A DNA stretch of 64,000 bases from the human T2T-CHM13v2.0 reference genome, Homo sapiens. The position numbers and the translations under genes are program-made. The DNA is taken from assembly GCF_009914755.1 (NCBI RefSeq), contig NC_060931.1. One strand, given 5' to 3'. The notes under the pieces are model-generated. The model worked only from the letters and a program-made list of their open reading frames with translations. It was not told the origin of the DNA and made no database searches. Below are positions 13,483-42,713 of this stretch, one piece after another; positions within the stretch are counted from its first letter, which is position 1, and each line of letters starts with the position of its first letter.

Positions 13483-15791
13483 GAGCCTGGTTCTGGACGG
13501 ACGACATAGAGGACCACGAGGAGGAAGACGACGAGGACTTCCTGGCGGAGGTGGCCGAGGAGGAGAACGAGCCCCCAGGGCTCTGGTCGGCGGCCTACGG
13601 CGTGGGGGACGTGCCTGGGACGTGGGGGCCCGACGACTCGGATTCGGCGCAGACTCCAGAGGGGTGGGGACCCGACCCAGGCGGCCTGGGGGTCCTGGCC
13701 GACGGCTCTGAAGCGAAGCCTTTCCTGCCCGGCCGGGAGCCGGGTGCGAACCTGCTGTCGCCCTGGGCGTTCCCCGCCGCAGTGGCCCCGCCGGCCGGGA
13801 GGCCGGAGACCACGTGCGACGTGTGCGGCAAGGTCTTCCCGCACCGCTCGCGGCTGGCCAAGCACCAGCGCTACCACGCGGCCGTCAAGCCCTTCGGCTG
13901 CGAGGAGTGCGGCAAGGGCTTCGTGTACCGCTCGCACTTGGCCATCCACCAGCGCACGCACACCGGCGAGAAGCCCTTCCCGTGCCCGGACTGCGGCAAG
14001 CGCTTCGTCTACAAGTCGCACCTGGTTACGCACCGACGCATCCATACTGGCGAGCGGCCCTACCGCTGCGCCTTCTGCGGCGCGGGCTTCGGGCGCCGCT
14101 CCTACCTGGTCACGCACCAGCGCACGCACACCGGCGAGCGACCCTACCCGTGTCCGCACTGCGGCCGCAGCTTCAGCCAGAGCTCGGCGCTGGCACGGCA
14201 CCAGGCGGTGCACACGGCCGACCGCCCGCACTGCTGTCCCGACTGCGGCCAGGCCTTCCGCCTGCGCGCCGACTTCCAGCGCCACCGACGCGGCGGGGGC
14301 TGCGCGGAGGCGGGTGGTGACGGCCCCCGGCGGGAGCCCGGCGAGACGGCGGCCGCCGCGGGGCCCGAGGACACGGACCCTGGGCCAGAGGGATCTGAAG
14401 TTGGCGAGGCGGACGGAGAGGCGGAGGCCGCGGCCGAGGAGAGAGAGGAGGCGGCGGTGGCGGCGCCCACCCCCAGCGGCAAGGTGGACCCCGCGCCGGA
14501 ACGGCGCTTCCTGGAGCTGGGCAACGGCCTGGGGGAGGGCGAAGGCCCCTCCTCCCACCCGCTGGGCTTCCACTTCCCCGTGCACCCCAAGTCCTGGCTG
14601 CACCCGGACAGCTTCCCGATCCTGGGCCTACCCGACTTCCGAGAGCGGCTGCCGGTCGACGGGCGCCCGCTCCCGGCGCCCCTGGGGGGCCCGCTCTCCC
14701 TGGTGGAGGGTACCGGGCTGGCGTGCGACCCTTTCGGCGGCGGCGGGGCCGCGGGCGGCGGAGGCGGCCTGCGCGCGTTCGGGCCCGCCATCGGGGGTCT
14801 GCTGGCGGAGCCCGCGCCGGCCGCGCTGGCGGAGGAGGAGAGCCCGTGGATCTGCTCGGACTGCGGCAAGACGTTTGGGCGCCGGGCCGCGCTGGCCAAG
14901 CACCAGCGCTACCACGCGGGCGAGCGGCCGCATCGCTGCGCCGACTGCGGCAAGAGCTTCGTGTACGGCTCGCACCTGGCGCGCCACCGGCGCACACACA
15001 CCGGCGAGCGGCCCTTCCCGTGCCCCGAGTGCGGCGCGCGGTTCGCCCGCGGCTCGCACTTGGCGGCGCACGTGCGCGGCCACACGGGCGAGAAGCCGTT
15101 CGTGTGCGGCGTGTGCGGTGCGGGGTTCAGCCGTCGCGCGCACTTGACGGCGCACGGGCGCGCGCACACCGGGGAGCGGCCTTACGCGTGTGGAGAGTGC
15201 GGCCGGCGCTTCGGGCAGAGCGCGGCGCTGACGCGGCATCAGTGGGCGCACGCCGAGGAGAAGCCGCACCGCTGCCCCGACTGCGGCAAGGGCTTCGGCC
15301 ACAGCTCGGACTTCAAGCGGCATCGGCGCACGCACACGGGCGAGAAGCCCTTCCGCTGCGCCGACTGCGGCCGCGGCTTCGCGCAGCGCTCCAACCTGGC
15401 CAAGCACCGGCGCGGCCACACGGGCGAACGCCCCTTCCCGTGCCCTGAGTGCGGCAAGCGCTTTTCGCAGCGCTCGGTGCTGGTCACGCACCAGCGCACA
15501 CATACGGGCGAGCGGCCCTACGCCTGCGCCAACTGCGGCCGCCGCTTCTCGCAGAGCTCGCACTTGCTCACCCACATGAAGACGCACCGCGGAGCCACCG
15601 CAGCGCCGGGCTCGGGTTCGGCCCCAGCCCCCGCGCCCAAGCCCGAGGCGGCCGCCAAGGGGCCGTCCAGTGCCGGCCCCGGTGAGCGCGGCAGCGCCCT
15701 GCTGGAGTTCGCGGGCGGCACAAGCTTCGGCTCCGAGCACCAGGCCGCGTTCGCCGGGCCCTCGGGCGCCTACCGGGAGGGCGTCCTGTGA
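13483..15791 (+). CDS. ZNF316: ZNF316 last coding exon: 15 zinc fingers in two clusters (6+9)
   Basis: Acceptor caccttcAG 13481-13482, frame GAWFW; C2H2 fingers with TGE(K/R)P linkers; TGA at 15789-15791. Exon sum 355+110+127+114+2309 = 3015 nt = 1004 aa plus stop. Confidence 0.95.
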
Positions 15792-16100
15792 GGGGCCCGG
15801 GGCCGACGGCAGCGCAGCCTGCAGGGCCACCGGCCCCTCCCTTGGACGGCCGGCCCCCCGCTCCTCGGGCCCCGGGAGGCTGAGGGTCCCAGTCCTGGGT
15901 GCGGTGCCTTCCCTCAGCCCTCGCCCTGCGGCCCCGGGTCTCATGCCCGCCGGGTCCGTGTGCTCAGCCGGAGACGTGGGGGAGCTCTGGGGAGAAGAGC
16001 AGCGCGGAGGCAGCGAGGCCAGGACGTCACCCCCACGGAGACTGCGATATCCCCTGGGTGGGCCCGGGCTGTGAAGCAGGGCGGTAGTTGGCGGGCGATG
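13500..16100. other. Intragenic CpG island over the ZNF316 finger exon
   Basis: Very high G+C and dense CpG by inspection. Confidence 0.85.
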
Positions 16101-17591
16101 CTATTTATTTCACTCGGATTCCGACTTGGGTGGTCTGGGGAGCAAGGGATTTGTGTGTTTGCAACCGGGTGTGGCGGCGAGGGAGGGGCCCGGCCACCCA
16201 GGTGGGCCAGCGGGATGCCTGGGAGGCCGGTGGGTTTGGCTGACCACTTCTTCCCATTCCTCAGTGGGAGACTTGGGCCCTCCCGGTCATCCGAGTCTGT
16301 CCCGAAGGTTTAACTGCGCGCGGCGAGGGGAGGCCTTGTAGGTTTCCAAAGGGCGGAGCTCCAGTGGGAAAACTTGAAACTTGTCGTCTGCGGATATTTA
16401 TTTCCACTTCTTGTATGGCCTGAAGAATCTAGGAGGAGAAAAAGCCAGATACCAAACTTACGGCCAGGCAGACGGGTCGCGGGTGTTGACAGGGTCCTGA
16501 GGGAGTTTGAAGCCTTATTCTCGAGCCGCCTCCTCTTCTCTACCCACACTTGCACCGAGGTCACCCCGGCACCCTCCGCACCGGTTCGGTTTTGGTCTCT
16601 GCTTGTCCTCTCAGTCCTTGGTACTTTCGTCTCCCTCAGCCGGAGGTGGCAAACTCAGACATCTACGGGCGCCCGAGGCCCTCGCAGCCCTGAGCCCCAG
16701 CTTTCACTTCCCTGGGCTGCCCCTCTCCGGGAGCAGGCAGACGCCCCGTTCTCGGAGCCCAGCGCTCACTTAGAGCGACTGAGGTTGGTCGAAGGATCTT
16801 TCCCCACATCCCATAATCAGGGCCCTAGGACACTCGCAGGTCCCTTTAACTCTGCTTCTGTCATTACACTAGAACAAGTAGTGTTTCTGTTTAGAGTCCC
16901 ATTTCACAAATTGGTTAGTGGAGGCACCCGTGGCCTGGCAGCTTGCACAGTGGCTGTCCACCTCGGGGGGGGTGTGGACCTGAGCCGTGGCTCAGTGACA
17001 AACCAGGCACCCAACTATGCAAGGCCCCTGCCTGGTGGGCATCCTACCCTCTGGACTGGGCCCATGGAAGCCACTGGGCGGGCAGCTGGGGTGTAGTTCA
17101 TGTGAAGCCCCATTCCCCTCACGCTTTTGGGGCCACTGTGAATGGGGCCAGGAAACGGATTTTTGGTGCAGCTGCATTCCCTAATAGACCTAGTTCCCTC
17201 CACGTTAGTGTAGACATGGCCTTGGGGGCTGAGCGCAGCAGCCAGGCTGCCAGGGCTGGGGGCGGGTAGGAGGCACGGTAGTTGGTGGGTGGGAAGAGGG
17301 CCTGGGTGGTGGCGGTCAGTTAGCCTGGCTGGGTGAGGTTGGTGAGGTTGCGGGGCGGGGTGGTGAGGAGAGCAGGGGTCCCAGGGAGGCATTGGGGTGC
17401 TGGGTAATGACCTCGGCCCTGGGTTTCTCCTCTCCCTGCGGGACAGGAGCCTCAGAAAGGGCCAAGGGCAAGGTGGGCTTGGGGGGCTCTGGGAATCTCA
17501 GCTCTAGCCCTGTATGGCCAGGATCTGCTGTCTCCGTCCCTCCTGGGCCCCAGCAGCTGTCCTGCAGCTGTCAGCAGGAGGGCCTGGCTTT

Positions 17592-17597
17592 AATAAA
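17592..17597 (+). terminator. Candidate proximal poly(A) signal of ZNF316 (AATAAA)
   Basis: First AATAAA I noticed after the stop codon. Confidence 0.35.
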
Positions 17598-18174
17598 GAG
17601 TGGACAAACTGAACTTCTGACTGGACTCCATGCTGTCGCCACTCCTGGGAACCCGTCGGGGAGGCTCTGCGCGGCCTCAGGTCCAACTTGTTTCTGCAAA
17701 CATTTTTTAAAAGATTTTCTCTTTTAAGAAATTAGAATGGGTCCTAGGATGGCCCATGAGGAGTTGGCCCCAGGCCAGTGTGGCCCCGTGCTGCCCATGC
17801 CCACCGTATTCCTTGGTGGCCCCCACGCTGCCCCACACTTGATGTAGTGTAAACACCTGACTTGGGGCATTACTTTTTGTGAAGATGTTGGCCAGGCTTC
17901 CAGAGGCCAGAGTGAGGGGCCAGGTACCCTTCGTGGTGGTCCAAACACATCCCCAGCCCTTTCTTCAGAGGCCCCAGCACCATGTGGCTCATCCAGGGCT
18001 CACCTACTCCAGTACCAGGGCAAGGTGTACAGCCCCCCAGGACCCAAAATGCCTCCCTTAAAGCTGATTGGTTGATTTCTTTATTCTTATCACATGGTAG
18101 CCCACGATCAGATCTGACTCTCCTGTCCTTTCTTTGTGGGTCTGAAAAATAAGAACTGCTGTAATCAAATGTGA

Positions 18175-19053
<879 letters not shown>

Positions 19054-19403
19054 TTATAGTTGACTGTCCAGCCAAATACTTAAAAAAAAAGTTTATAGGG
19101 AGAAAAATACCCTCCCCCATCCAATGGTCATAGGAAAAAAAGTAGACACCCTTTATTGCCAAGGAGGAATTAAACCCTAGTGACTTGTGAAATGTGAGTC
19201 ACGAAAGGTGGCACTTAGAGGGTCCCTCAGCCCTGAGCGTCACTTTCCCCTCCATCTACCTTTGTTATTTCCTTTCTCTTTTGCCGGTTTCCCCAACCTC
19301 CTTCCTTTTCTGATTCATTCCTTTTATCCTGATCTTTTCACTTAATCTCGTCCAACATTTCCTTCTATCTCCCTTTTTTCTTTCTCTAATTGGCTACATA
19401 TGG

Positions 19404-19445
19404 AATAAAGTATTTTGAATTACTGGGTTATATCTATTAAATAAA
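19404..19445 (+). terminator. Candidate distal poly(A) signals of ZNF316
   Basis: AATAAA at 19404; overlapping ATTAAA/AATAAA at 19436-19445 followed by a U-rich downstream tract. Confidence 0.55.
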
Positions 19446-19496
19446 GCTTTATGATCTTTGCTCTTTTTTTTTTCCTGATTATAAAAATACATGCTA

Positions 19497-24717
<5,221 letters not shown>

Positions 24718-24720
24718 TAC

Positions 24721-25050
24721 GGGAGGGGATGTGGAGGTGGGGGTGATGGGGGAGGGGGTGGAGATTTAGAGGTGGGGGGTGAAGGGGATGGGGAGAGGAT
24801 GTGGAGGTGGGGGGTGAAGGGGAGGGGGAGGCGATGTGGAGGTAGGGGGTGAAGGGAAGGGGGAGAGGGAAGGGATGTGGGGGAGAGGGAAGGGAGGTGA
24901 AGGAGGGGAGCAGGAGGGGATGTGGAGGTGGGGGGTGAAGGGGAGGGGGAGAGGATGTGGAGGTGGGGGGGTGAAGGGAAGAGGGAGAGGGAAGGGATGT
25001 GGAGGTGGGAGGTGAAGGGGGAGGGGTTGTGGAAGTGGGGGAGAAGGTGT
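24721..25050 (+). repeat. G/A-rich degenerate tandem repeat (GATGTGGAGGT core, ~35-40 bp period)
   Basis: Six exact GATGTGGAGGT copies with many G4-G7 runs; almost no C on the + strand. Confidence 0.85.
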
Positions 25051-25640
25051 GCCAGGCGATGGAGGGGGTCGGCGGGGGCGGGGCCCGCACTGTCCCCGCC
25101 CCATGTGGGTGGAGCCTCCTGCCCGGGCCTGTGTCGCGGCAGAGCCTGGCGGGCTTTGTGCGCAGGCGCTTGCGGCTTCGCGGGGCTGACCGTGCGCTTC
25201 GCCTGCGGGGTCGTGCTGGGGCGGCGGGTGAGCCTGGGGGGCTGCAGAGCGGGCGCGGGGCGCGTCCGAACAGTCGCAGCCCCGAGCCCCTGGGACCGCC
25301 TTCCCCGCGGAGGCTTGGGCTCAGCGCCTGGGGCGGAGGTGGGGCGGGGGCGGTCCGCCCGCAGCAGGGGGTGCCGGGGCCGCCTCCGGGTTTCCTCCGC
25401 TGGATGCGGCGGTGGTGCGCTGTCGGCCCGGCGGGTGCGGCGGGTGTGGGGTCACGGGTGTCGCGCGCCGCCCTGGGCCCTCCTCCGAGGTGCCTCGCGT
25501 GGGGCCCGTGCCAGGGCCCGCTGAGTCGGGGCCGCTCGTGGGCCGCCTGGCTGCCGCCTGGGGCCTCCGGCCGCTGCGTCCCGCGGCTTCTGGGAACCGT
25601 GCGCGCTCACAGGCGGACTTGGGCCTCGAACAAGGTTCCT
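25050..25640 (+). promoter_or_regulatory. CpG-island promoter and candidate exon 1 of the ZNF pseudogene
   Basis: Dense CpG, several GGGGCGGGG GC boxes, and a donor CGG|GTGAGC at 25228. Confidence 0.7.
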
Positions 25641-26227
25641 GCTAAATTGAGTTGTGCCTTAGGCTCTGCTGGACAGAGCAGCTCCACTGCGTTGACAAGG
25701 AGGGGGCTCAGGGACAGAAATCTCAGCGGGAAGACAACCCCTCCTCCGAAGGGAGGCCCATCAGGGCTTCAGAGAAGGGGCAGAGAATCGCATAAGAGGA
25801 GCGTGTGGTCCGGAGGGGCCCGGGCTTAGGGGAGGCCCTGAAAGACCCAGTAGAGGAAGGGAGCTGGGCAGAGGGTGATAGCAGGGGCCAGACTGGTCTC
25901 AAACTCCAGGCCTCAAGTGATCCTCCCGCCTTGGCCTTGCAGGGCGCTGGGGTTATGGGCATGAGCCACTTTGCCTGGCCTACTCAATTCTGTTTTAAAT
26001 GTTTCTGTGTTTGTGAAGTGGGACAAAAATTGTTAAAGCAATGGGAAACATTGCAGGTTTAAGTTCCACTAAATCATACTGGAGTCAAAAAGGGATGCGG
26101 GGATGTTTCCCTCCTTTCCTTCTGCAGGGTCAAGGTTACCCAGCGGACGTGTGGGGGTTTTTAGGAGAATTAGGCGGGTGCAGAGCCTGCCAGATCGCTC
26201 ATTCTGTTTCTTCCCCCCTTCTTCCAG

Positions 26228-26292
26228 GTACGCTATTTGAAGAACAGGTTTCCATGCTCTTAGAGGAGCATCAGAAAATGAACAAACCCCAG
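26228..26292 (+). pseudogene. ATG mini-exon (MNKPQ) of a ZNF12-like pseudogene
   Basis: Polypyrimidine tract and cttccAG acceptor; cagaaaATGAACAAACCCCAG|GTGAGT with ATG at 26278. Resembles the short pre-KRAB start exon of ZNF12-type genes (MNKSL from memory). Confidence 0.7.
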
Positions 26293-26414
26293 GTGAGTTC
26301 CTTTTTTAGATTTTTTCATTTTCCAGGGGATTTGCTGGCTTTTATAAAATTCGTTTATTCAGATGGACATTTAAAAAGCTACTTCAGGATAAATGAGGAG
26401 TGAGAGGCAACTGA

Positions 26415-27749
<1,335 letters not shown>

Positions 27750-28656
27750 TAAAGTCATATTCTTTGGTGAATGTTTCTGCACTATCCATTCTCTTTTTTT
27801 GCTTGTGGTAAAATATACATAACATCAAATTTGCCATTTTCACTCTTAATGGTACAATTCAGTGGCATTAATTATATTCACAGTTGTGCAGCCATCACCG
27901 TTTCTATTTCCAAAAGGTTTTCATCACTCTAAACAAAAAGTGTGTCTCCATTAAGCAACAACTCCCCATTTCTCCCTCCCCTCAGCCCCTGGTAACATGT
28001 ACTTTCTGCCTCTGTGAAGTTCCCTATTCTAGGTATTTTATATAAGTGCAAACATGAAATATTTGTCCTTTTGTGTCTGGCTTATTCCACTGAACATGAC
28101 GTTTACAGGGTTCCTTTATGCTGTGGCCTGGGTCAGAGCTGCATTCCTTTCGGCGCCTGAATAATATTCCATTGTGTGGATCGACCACATTTTCTTTACC
28201 TCTTCATTTGCAGATGGACATTTAGACTTTTTCCACGTTTTCATTGTTGTAAATAATGCTGCTGTGAGCATTGGGGTACAGGTATCTGTTCATTCCTTCG
28301 CATTTTAGTCTGCTTTGTGTGCTCTTGCCACTTCCCCGCCACCTGCCCAGGACGTCCTGATAAAGCCTAACGGCAGCCTCTTTGCAGTTCAGTCCAATGC
28401 GTGTTTTTCTGACCTGGCCTTCCTAGAACATTCTGCTGCATTGGCATTGAACTGCTTTCACCTTCTAGAAAGGCCCCTCTCCCTAGTGTCTTGTGACATG
28501 CTTCTTGTGGCTTTATTCCTGCTGCTCAGATTTATTGGTGCCCCTCATTGTGTCTTCCTCCAGCACATTCTCATGGCTTATGTCCAGATGTCCATCCTTT
28601 ACTCCCTCATCTTTTTACTCTTCCAGTCTTTCCCGAGTATTTCATGCCCTCTGTAG

Positions 28657-29168
28657 TGGTAGGGACGGGAGGCAGGGAAATTCTGGGCAGAAGAGGGCGG
28701 GTCCCTGGCGAGGGCCCTACCCTCAAGCCGAAAAGCCTGACACTGGTCGAAAGTGAGAACTGGCCGGGCGCAGTGGCTCACACCTGTAATCCCAGCACCT
28801 TGGGAGGCCAAGGTGGGTGGATCACGAGGTCAGGAGATCGAGACCATCCTGGCTAACACGGCGAAACCCCATCTCTACAAAAAATACAAAATATTAGCTG
28901 GGCGTGGTGGCGGGTTCCTGTAGTCCCAGCTACTTGGGAGGCTGAGGCAGGAGAATGGCATGAACCCGGGAGGCGGAGCTTGCAGTGAGCCAACCAAGAT
29001 AGCGCCACTGCAGTCCAGCCTGGGCAAAAGAGTGAGACTCTGTCTCAGGAAAAAAAAAAAAAAAAAGTGAGAACTTACATCCCTGTTTTCCCACTCAAAT
29101 GTTGCCTTTTCCCAAACTACCCGTGGCCCACCCCACCCCCCCCATCCTGTGCCCATAAAAACCCCAGG
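28657..29168 (+). mobile_element. Truncated ERV1 LTR (LTR1/LTR27-like) interrupted by an Alu at 28762-29064
   Basis: Starts tggtagggacgggaggcagggaaattctgggcagaagagggcgggtccctggcgaggg; Alu TSD AAAGTGAGAACT on both sides. Confidence 0.65.
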
Positions 29169-29169
29169 T

Positions 29170-30641
<1,472 letters not shown>

Positions 30642-30704
30642 TGAGTAGCTGGGATTATAGGTGCCCGCCACCACGCCCAGCTAATTTTTCTATTTTTAGT
30701 ATAG

Positions 30705-30902
<198 letters not shown>

Positions 30903-31417
30903 TGAGTGTTTTATAGAGCCAAGGCCGAAAAGCAAGCTAGCTGAGTGTAAGAATCTCTGTTAGACTTGTGACTCTTGTTTGGGAATGAGTATTTTAGAAG
31001 ATATTTATTGTGGATTCTTGTAAGGATACCTTGAACTAATATAAACCTTATTTTATCTGTTGGCACATAGATAGTGGGCTTTATCTATATAGGTCTTATT
31101 CATCTGTTTTCTCTCACATCTACGCCATCCTGTGATATTTCTCCTTAACATCCGTGACGTAGTTTAAGGGGCATGATTTGAAAAAGGGGTGTGTGTGTTG
31201 AGGGTACATTTTCTGGAGGATAACTGAGTTTTTTGTAGAGCCAAAGCTGAAAAGCAAGCTAGTTGAATGTAAGAATCTCTGTCAGTCTCATGACTTGTGT
31301 TTGGGAATGAATATTTTAGAAGATATTTATTGTGGATTTTTGTAAGGATACTTTGAACTAATATAAGTCTTATTTTATCTGTTGGCACATAGATAGTGGG
31401 CTTTATCTATATAGGTC

Positions 31418-33856
<2,439 letters not shown>

Positions 33857-35368
33857 TATCTATATAGGCCTTGCTCATCTGTTTTCTCTCACATCTAAAC
33901 CATCCTGTGGTATTTCTCCTTAACAGCCATGTCTCCAAACACTGCTTTTCACTCCATTTCCTGCTTATGATTTCTGTTGGGCTGACCTCATTTTTTTAGT
34001 TTCTCTGTCATGCTTTTCCCTCAGTTAACTGTTCCCTATGTTTAATAATTTCACCTTTTCAGTTTTGAGGGTCATCTTTTTAAAAATAGCAAATATATGT
34101 GTGTTCCTTGCAAGTTTTTCCTCCCTTTTCCACTATAGCAGGCGGTTTTCATTTTTATTTTTTGGAACCAAGGTGAAATATGTATTTGGGATTTCATCCC
34201 AGGAGGCTGGGCCTGAAAATAGAGAATCCATGATATAAATCACACGTACATAGGAAATGTTTTAACATTTTTAACGTATACTTAATTTTTCTCATTTCTA
34301 GAAGTCCAGAAATTAAGAGACCTGATAAAGGGAAGCCAGGAAAATCGAGATGCATATTTGTGGTACACTTCAGTTCTCAGTAACAACACACTGACTAAGA
34401 AGAGGGAATACGTTTTTGGGAAAAACCTTAATCTGGGTGCAAACCCAGTTTCTTCAAGAAAAATAGCCTGTTAGTATGACTCATGTGGAATGAGTTTGAA
34501 TACGTTTCAGAATCAAGTATTAGTGATAAAAATTATGCCAGTAATAACACTGATGAAATTAATATAAGTGAGAAGTTGCCTTTTGATAGTAATCAGGAAA
34601 ACACTCATACTGGGAAGAAATCTGTTGTATATAACCAAAGTGGGAAGTCACCAAGTCATAGTGAGGACCTTATTAAGGAACAGGAAATTCAAGCTTTAGC
34701 CCACCTTTGGAAGCTAATGAACATGGAAATCCCTTCCTTGAGAAGGTAGCCACCATCACACAAGAGACAGCTCAAACAAGAGAGAAACCCTGTGATTATA
34801 AGGAGCATGGGGAAAATGTCAGTGCCACATCAGCTCCCAGAGTTCATCAAGAAATTCACACAAGGAAGAATCACTCTGAAGTTAACGAGTGTGAGAAGTC
34901 AACCTTCTTCAAACATCAGAAAGTTAATACAGGGGTGAAAACCCAGGGAGCTAATGAAAATGAGAATTTCAGTCACAAGTCACATCTCAGTCTGCCTCAT
35001 AGAACTCACACAGTAGAGAAAACTTTTGAATGTAGTCATGGCAAGAAATCTTTTTGCCAGGAGTCCCACTTCACTGAGCATCACAGGACATGCACAAGAG
35101 AGAAACCATGTGAAAGTAATAAATATGGGAAAACCTTCCAGAAATGACAACTTACCAACTCTCAGATAATGCATCGAGAAGAGAAACCCCATGAATCTGG
35201 TAAAACCCTTGTGAAGTCAGCCCTCACTGATCACCAGATAAGTCAATCAGAAAAGAAGCTTTATGTATGTAGTGACTGTAAGAAACGTTTTTGTCATAGC
35301 TCAGTCCTAAGAGTCCATCAGAGTATTCACACAGGGAGAAACCCTATCAGTGTAATGGGAAATCCTAA

Positions 35369-35560
<192 letters not shown>

Positions 35561-35608
35561 TAGAGAAAACACACATGAGAGAAATCCTGCAAATGTAATG
35601 AATTTGTT

Positions 35609-36038
<430 letters not shown>

Positions 36039-36122
36039 TTATACATGAGGAAACACAGATAAGAAACCCTATGCGTGTAATGAATGTGTGAAATCCTTTT
36101 GTGTGAAGTCAAGTCTCAGTAA

Positions 36123-36311
<189 letters not shown>

Positions 36312-36329
36312 TAAATGTAATGAACGTAG

Positions 36330-36832
<503 letters not shown>

Positions 36833-37627
36833 TGAGAAGAGAAATCCTATGAATGTACTGAATGTCAGAAAACTTTTCACCATAAATCAACCCTAACAGT
36901 ACATCAGAGAACTCATATGGGGAGAAGCCTTATAAATGTAATGAATGTAGAAAATCTTTCTATATGAAGTCAGCCCTCAGTCAGCATCAGAGGATACATA
37001 TATGGGAGGAACATTGTGAATGTAAAGAATGTGGGAAAACCTACCAGAGGTCACACCTTGCTAAACATCATCGAAAATACACCACACAAGAAACCCTATG
37101 AATGTAAGCAATGTGGAAAAACCTTCCAGAAGTCACACCTCATTGAACATCAGAGGACACACCCAGGGGAGATACCCCATGAATGTAATAAATGTGGGAA
37201 ATCCTTCTGTTATAAGTCACCCTTGACCATTCACCAGAGAACTCACATAGAAGAGAAGCCCTATAAATGTAGCAAATCTGTTACTTATTTCTGTATGAAA
37301 TCACACCTCACTGTGCATCAGAGACCCCATACCAGGAAGAACCCTTTTGAGTGTAATGAATGCAGGAAAATGTTTTATGTGAAGTCAAACCTCATCAATT
37401 ATCAGAGAACTCACACAGGGGAGAAACCATATGAAGGCAATACATGTGGGAAATCTGTATGAAGTCATCCTCCACACAAGAGTGATACTCTGAATTGTAA
37501 CAAATATGGGAAATCCTCATGTGTAAAGTCAATTTGTTTTTCAAACCAAAATTCATGGTAGAAACCTTATGAATGTAAATAATGTAGGGGTCTCCTTCTG
37601 TGTAAATTAAATCCTTAGTTGGCATCA

Positions 37628-40995
<3,368 letters not shown>

Positions 40996-41931
40996 ATAAT
41001 GCAAAGGCAGCGTATTATACCATTAACAACTCAAGCTTGTGTTAAGAACTAGGTGCAAACAGTAGTGCTCATTGCACTGACAATGAAAATAGTATTGTAT
41101 AAAGAAAATGTGCTTCTCTTTCTACTCCTGACACGTTTCTAAGCGGTGCCTCCAGAAGTACATGGCATAGGCCCCAAGCGGTAGGAGCCCAGGAACCATT
41201 TGCCAACAGGGTGGCAGCTGTTGTGTCCTCATTCTTTCTCCCTCCTCTACCTGGATTTCCTTGCAGCAGGGGGCAGACTGTTCTAGGCTGCTTTGTTGCA
41301 TGAAAGCCTTGGTGTGGCCTGTTTTCCCCCCCTCAACAGGGACTGTTTGGGTTGGGCATATGACCAAGCCTTGACCTCTAGGATGTGTAGGGAAGTGTTC
41401 TGTATGATTTTTGGGAAAGGGTTTATCACTGATGAAGAGACATGAGCAGAATCACAATACCCTTCTGAATACATCCATTGTTTGCGTCTTGTGGCCCAGG
41501 GCTGTAGTTGGAGGTTGGTGAGCAGAGATAGAAGAGCCTGGCCACTGATGGTATGAAGCACTGATTTAACCCACACTGAGGAGGCTCTGGATTGGGCACT
41601 TGAGGTCATTAGTTTTTCTTATTGTGTAAGCCTGTTGGAGTTGAGATTTTTCTGTGACTTGGAGCTGTAAGGCATCCTAACTTTGAAGAGGGATAGTTTT
41701 TGTTTGTAGAGAAAGGGTCTCTATGTTGCCCAGGCTGGTCTTGAATTCCTGGGCTTAAGTGATCCTCCTGCCTTGGCCTCCTAAAGTGCTGTGATGACAG
41801 GATACGTTTTTTTAAAAGAAGTTGTGTAATTCAGAAGTGTTAGTCACAGTGATTTGGGGGCAAGAATGATTTTGAGAAAATGATTCAGCAGCTGCTTTCT
41901 GCTCTGTACATTTATATGTAATAAGGAAATG

Positions 41932-42210
41932 CAGGTACCCTTGAACAGCACAGGTCTGGACTGAGCAGGTCCACTTGTAAGTAGTTTTTGTTTTTTTTCC
42001 CAATAGTTGGCCCTCCTTATCTGCAGGTTCCACATCTGCAACCATATACAGCTCAAAACTATAGTATTCACAGAATGCAAACCTGAGGATACAGAGGGCC
42101 AACTTTGTATACAGGTTCTGAAGAGTCAACTTCAAAACTTTTGTATGCGGAGTTTGGTATCCACAGGGGGTCTGGAAACAATTCCCCCATGGATACTAAG
42201 GGGCGACTGT
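41932..42210. mobile_element. Tigger2/MER2-type DNA transposon remnant
   Basis: Ends resemble cag..acccttgaaca.cac and ggatactaaggggcgactg(ta). Confidence 0.6.
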
Positions 42211-42494
42211 AATGTCATTTCTTATTTGCAAGAATCCAGAGCGGAAAATGTTCTTTTCGAAATTAGTTGCATATTAAGTATTCTTTCTCTTCATATAAAA
42301 TGTCATTTTTAATTGATCAAATTATTCATTGCCTTTTTTTTTTGACAAGGTCTGGATTCATGTACGGATGTAATCTTTACTTTTGCAATGAACTGCTAGT
42401 TGTCCTTACACTATTTAAGAAATCCATCTCTTTGTCCCTGGTTTGAAATACTATTTTTATTTTATTTTATTTATTTATTTATTTGTTGAGATGA

Positions 42495-42713
<219 letters not shown>

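Noticed and set aside
13479-15944. Long alternative-frame and antisense ORFs (467, 438, 374, 274 aa) over the ZNF316 exon
   Set aside because: Expected from extreme GC content and stop-codon scarcity; products are low-complexity shadows of the finger frame.
16374-17096. 240-aa ORF downstream of the ZNF316 stop
   Set aside because: TTG start, no recognisable domain, in GC-rich 3'UTR sequence.
37016-37462. 148-aa residual zinc-finger ORF in the pseudogene
   Set aside because: GTG start, far downstream of many stops, and only about one fully canonical finger; unlikely to be a protein.
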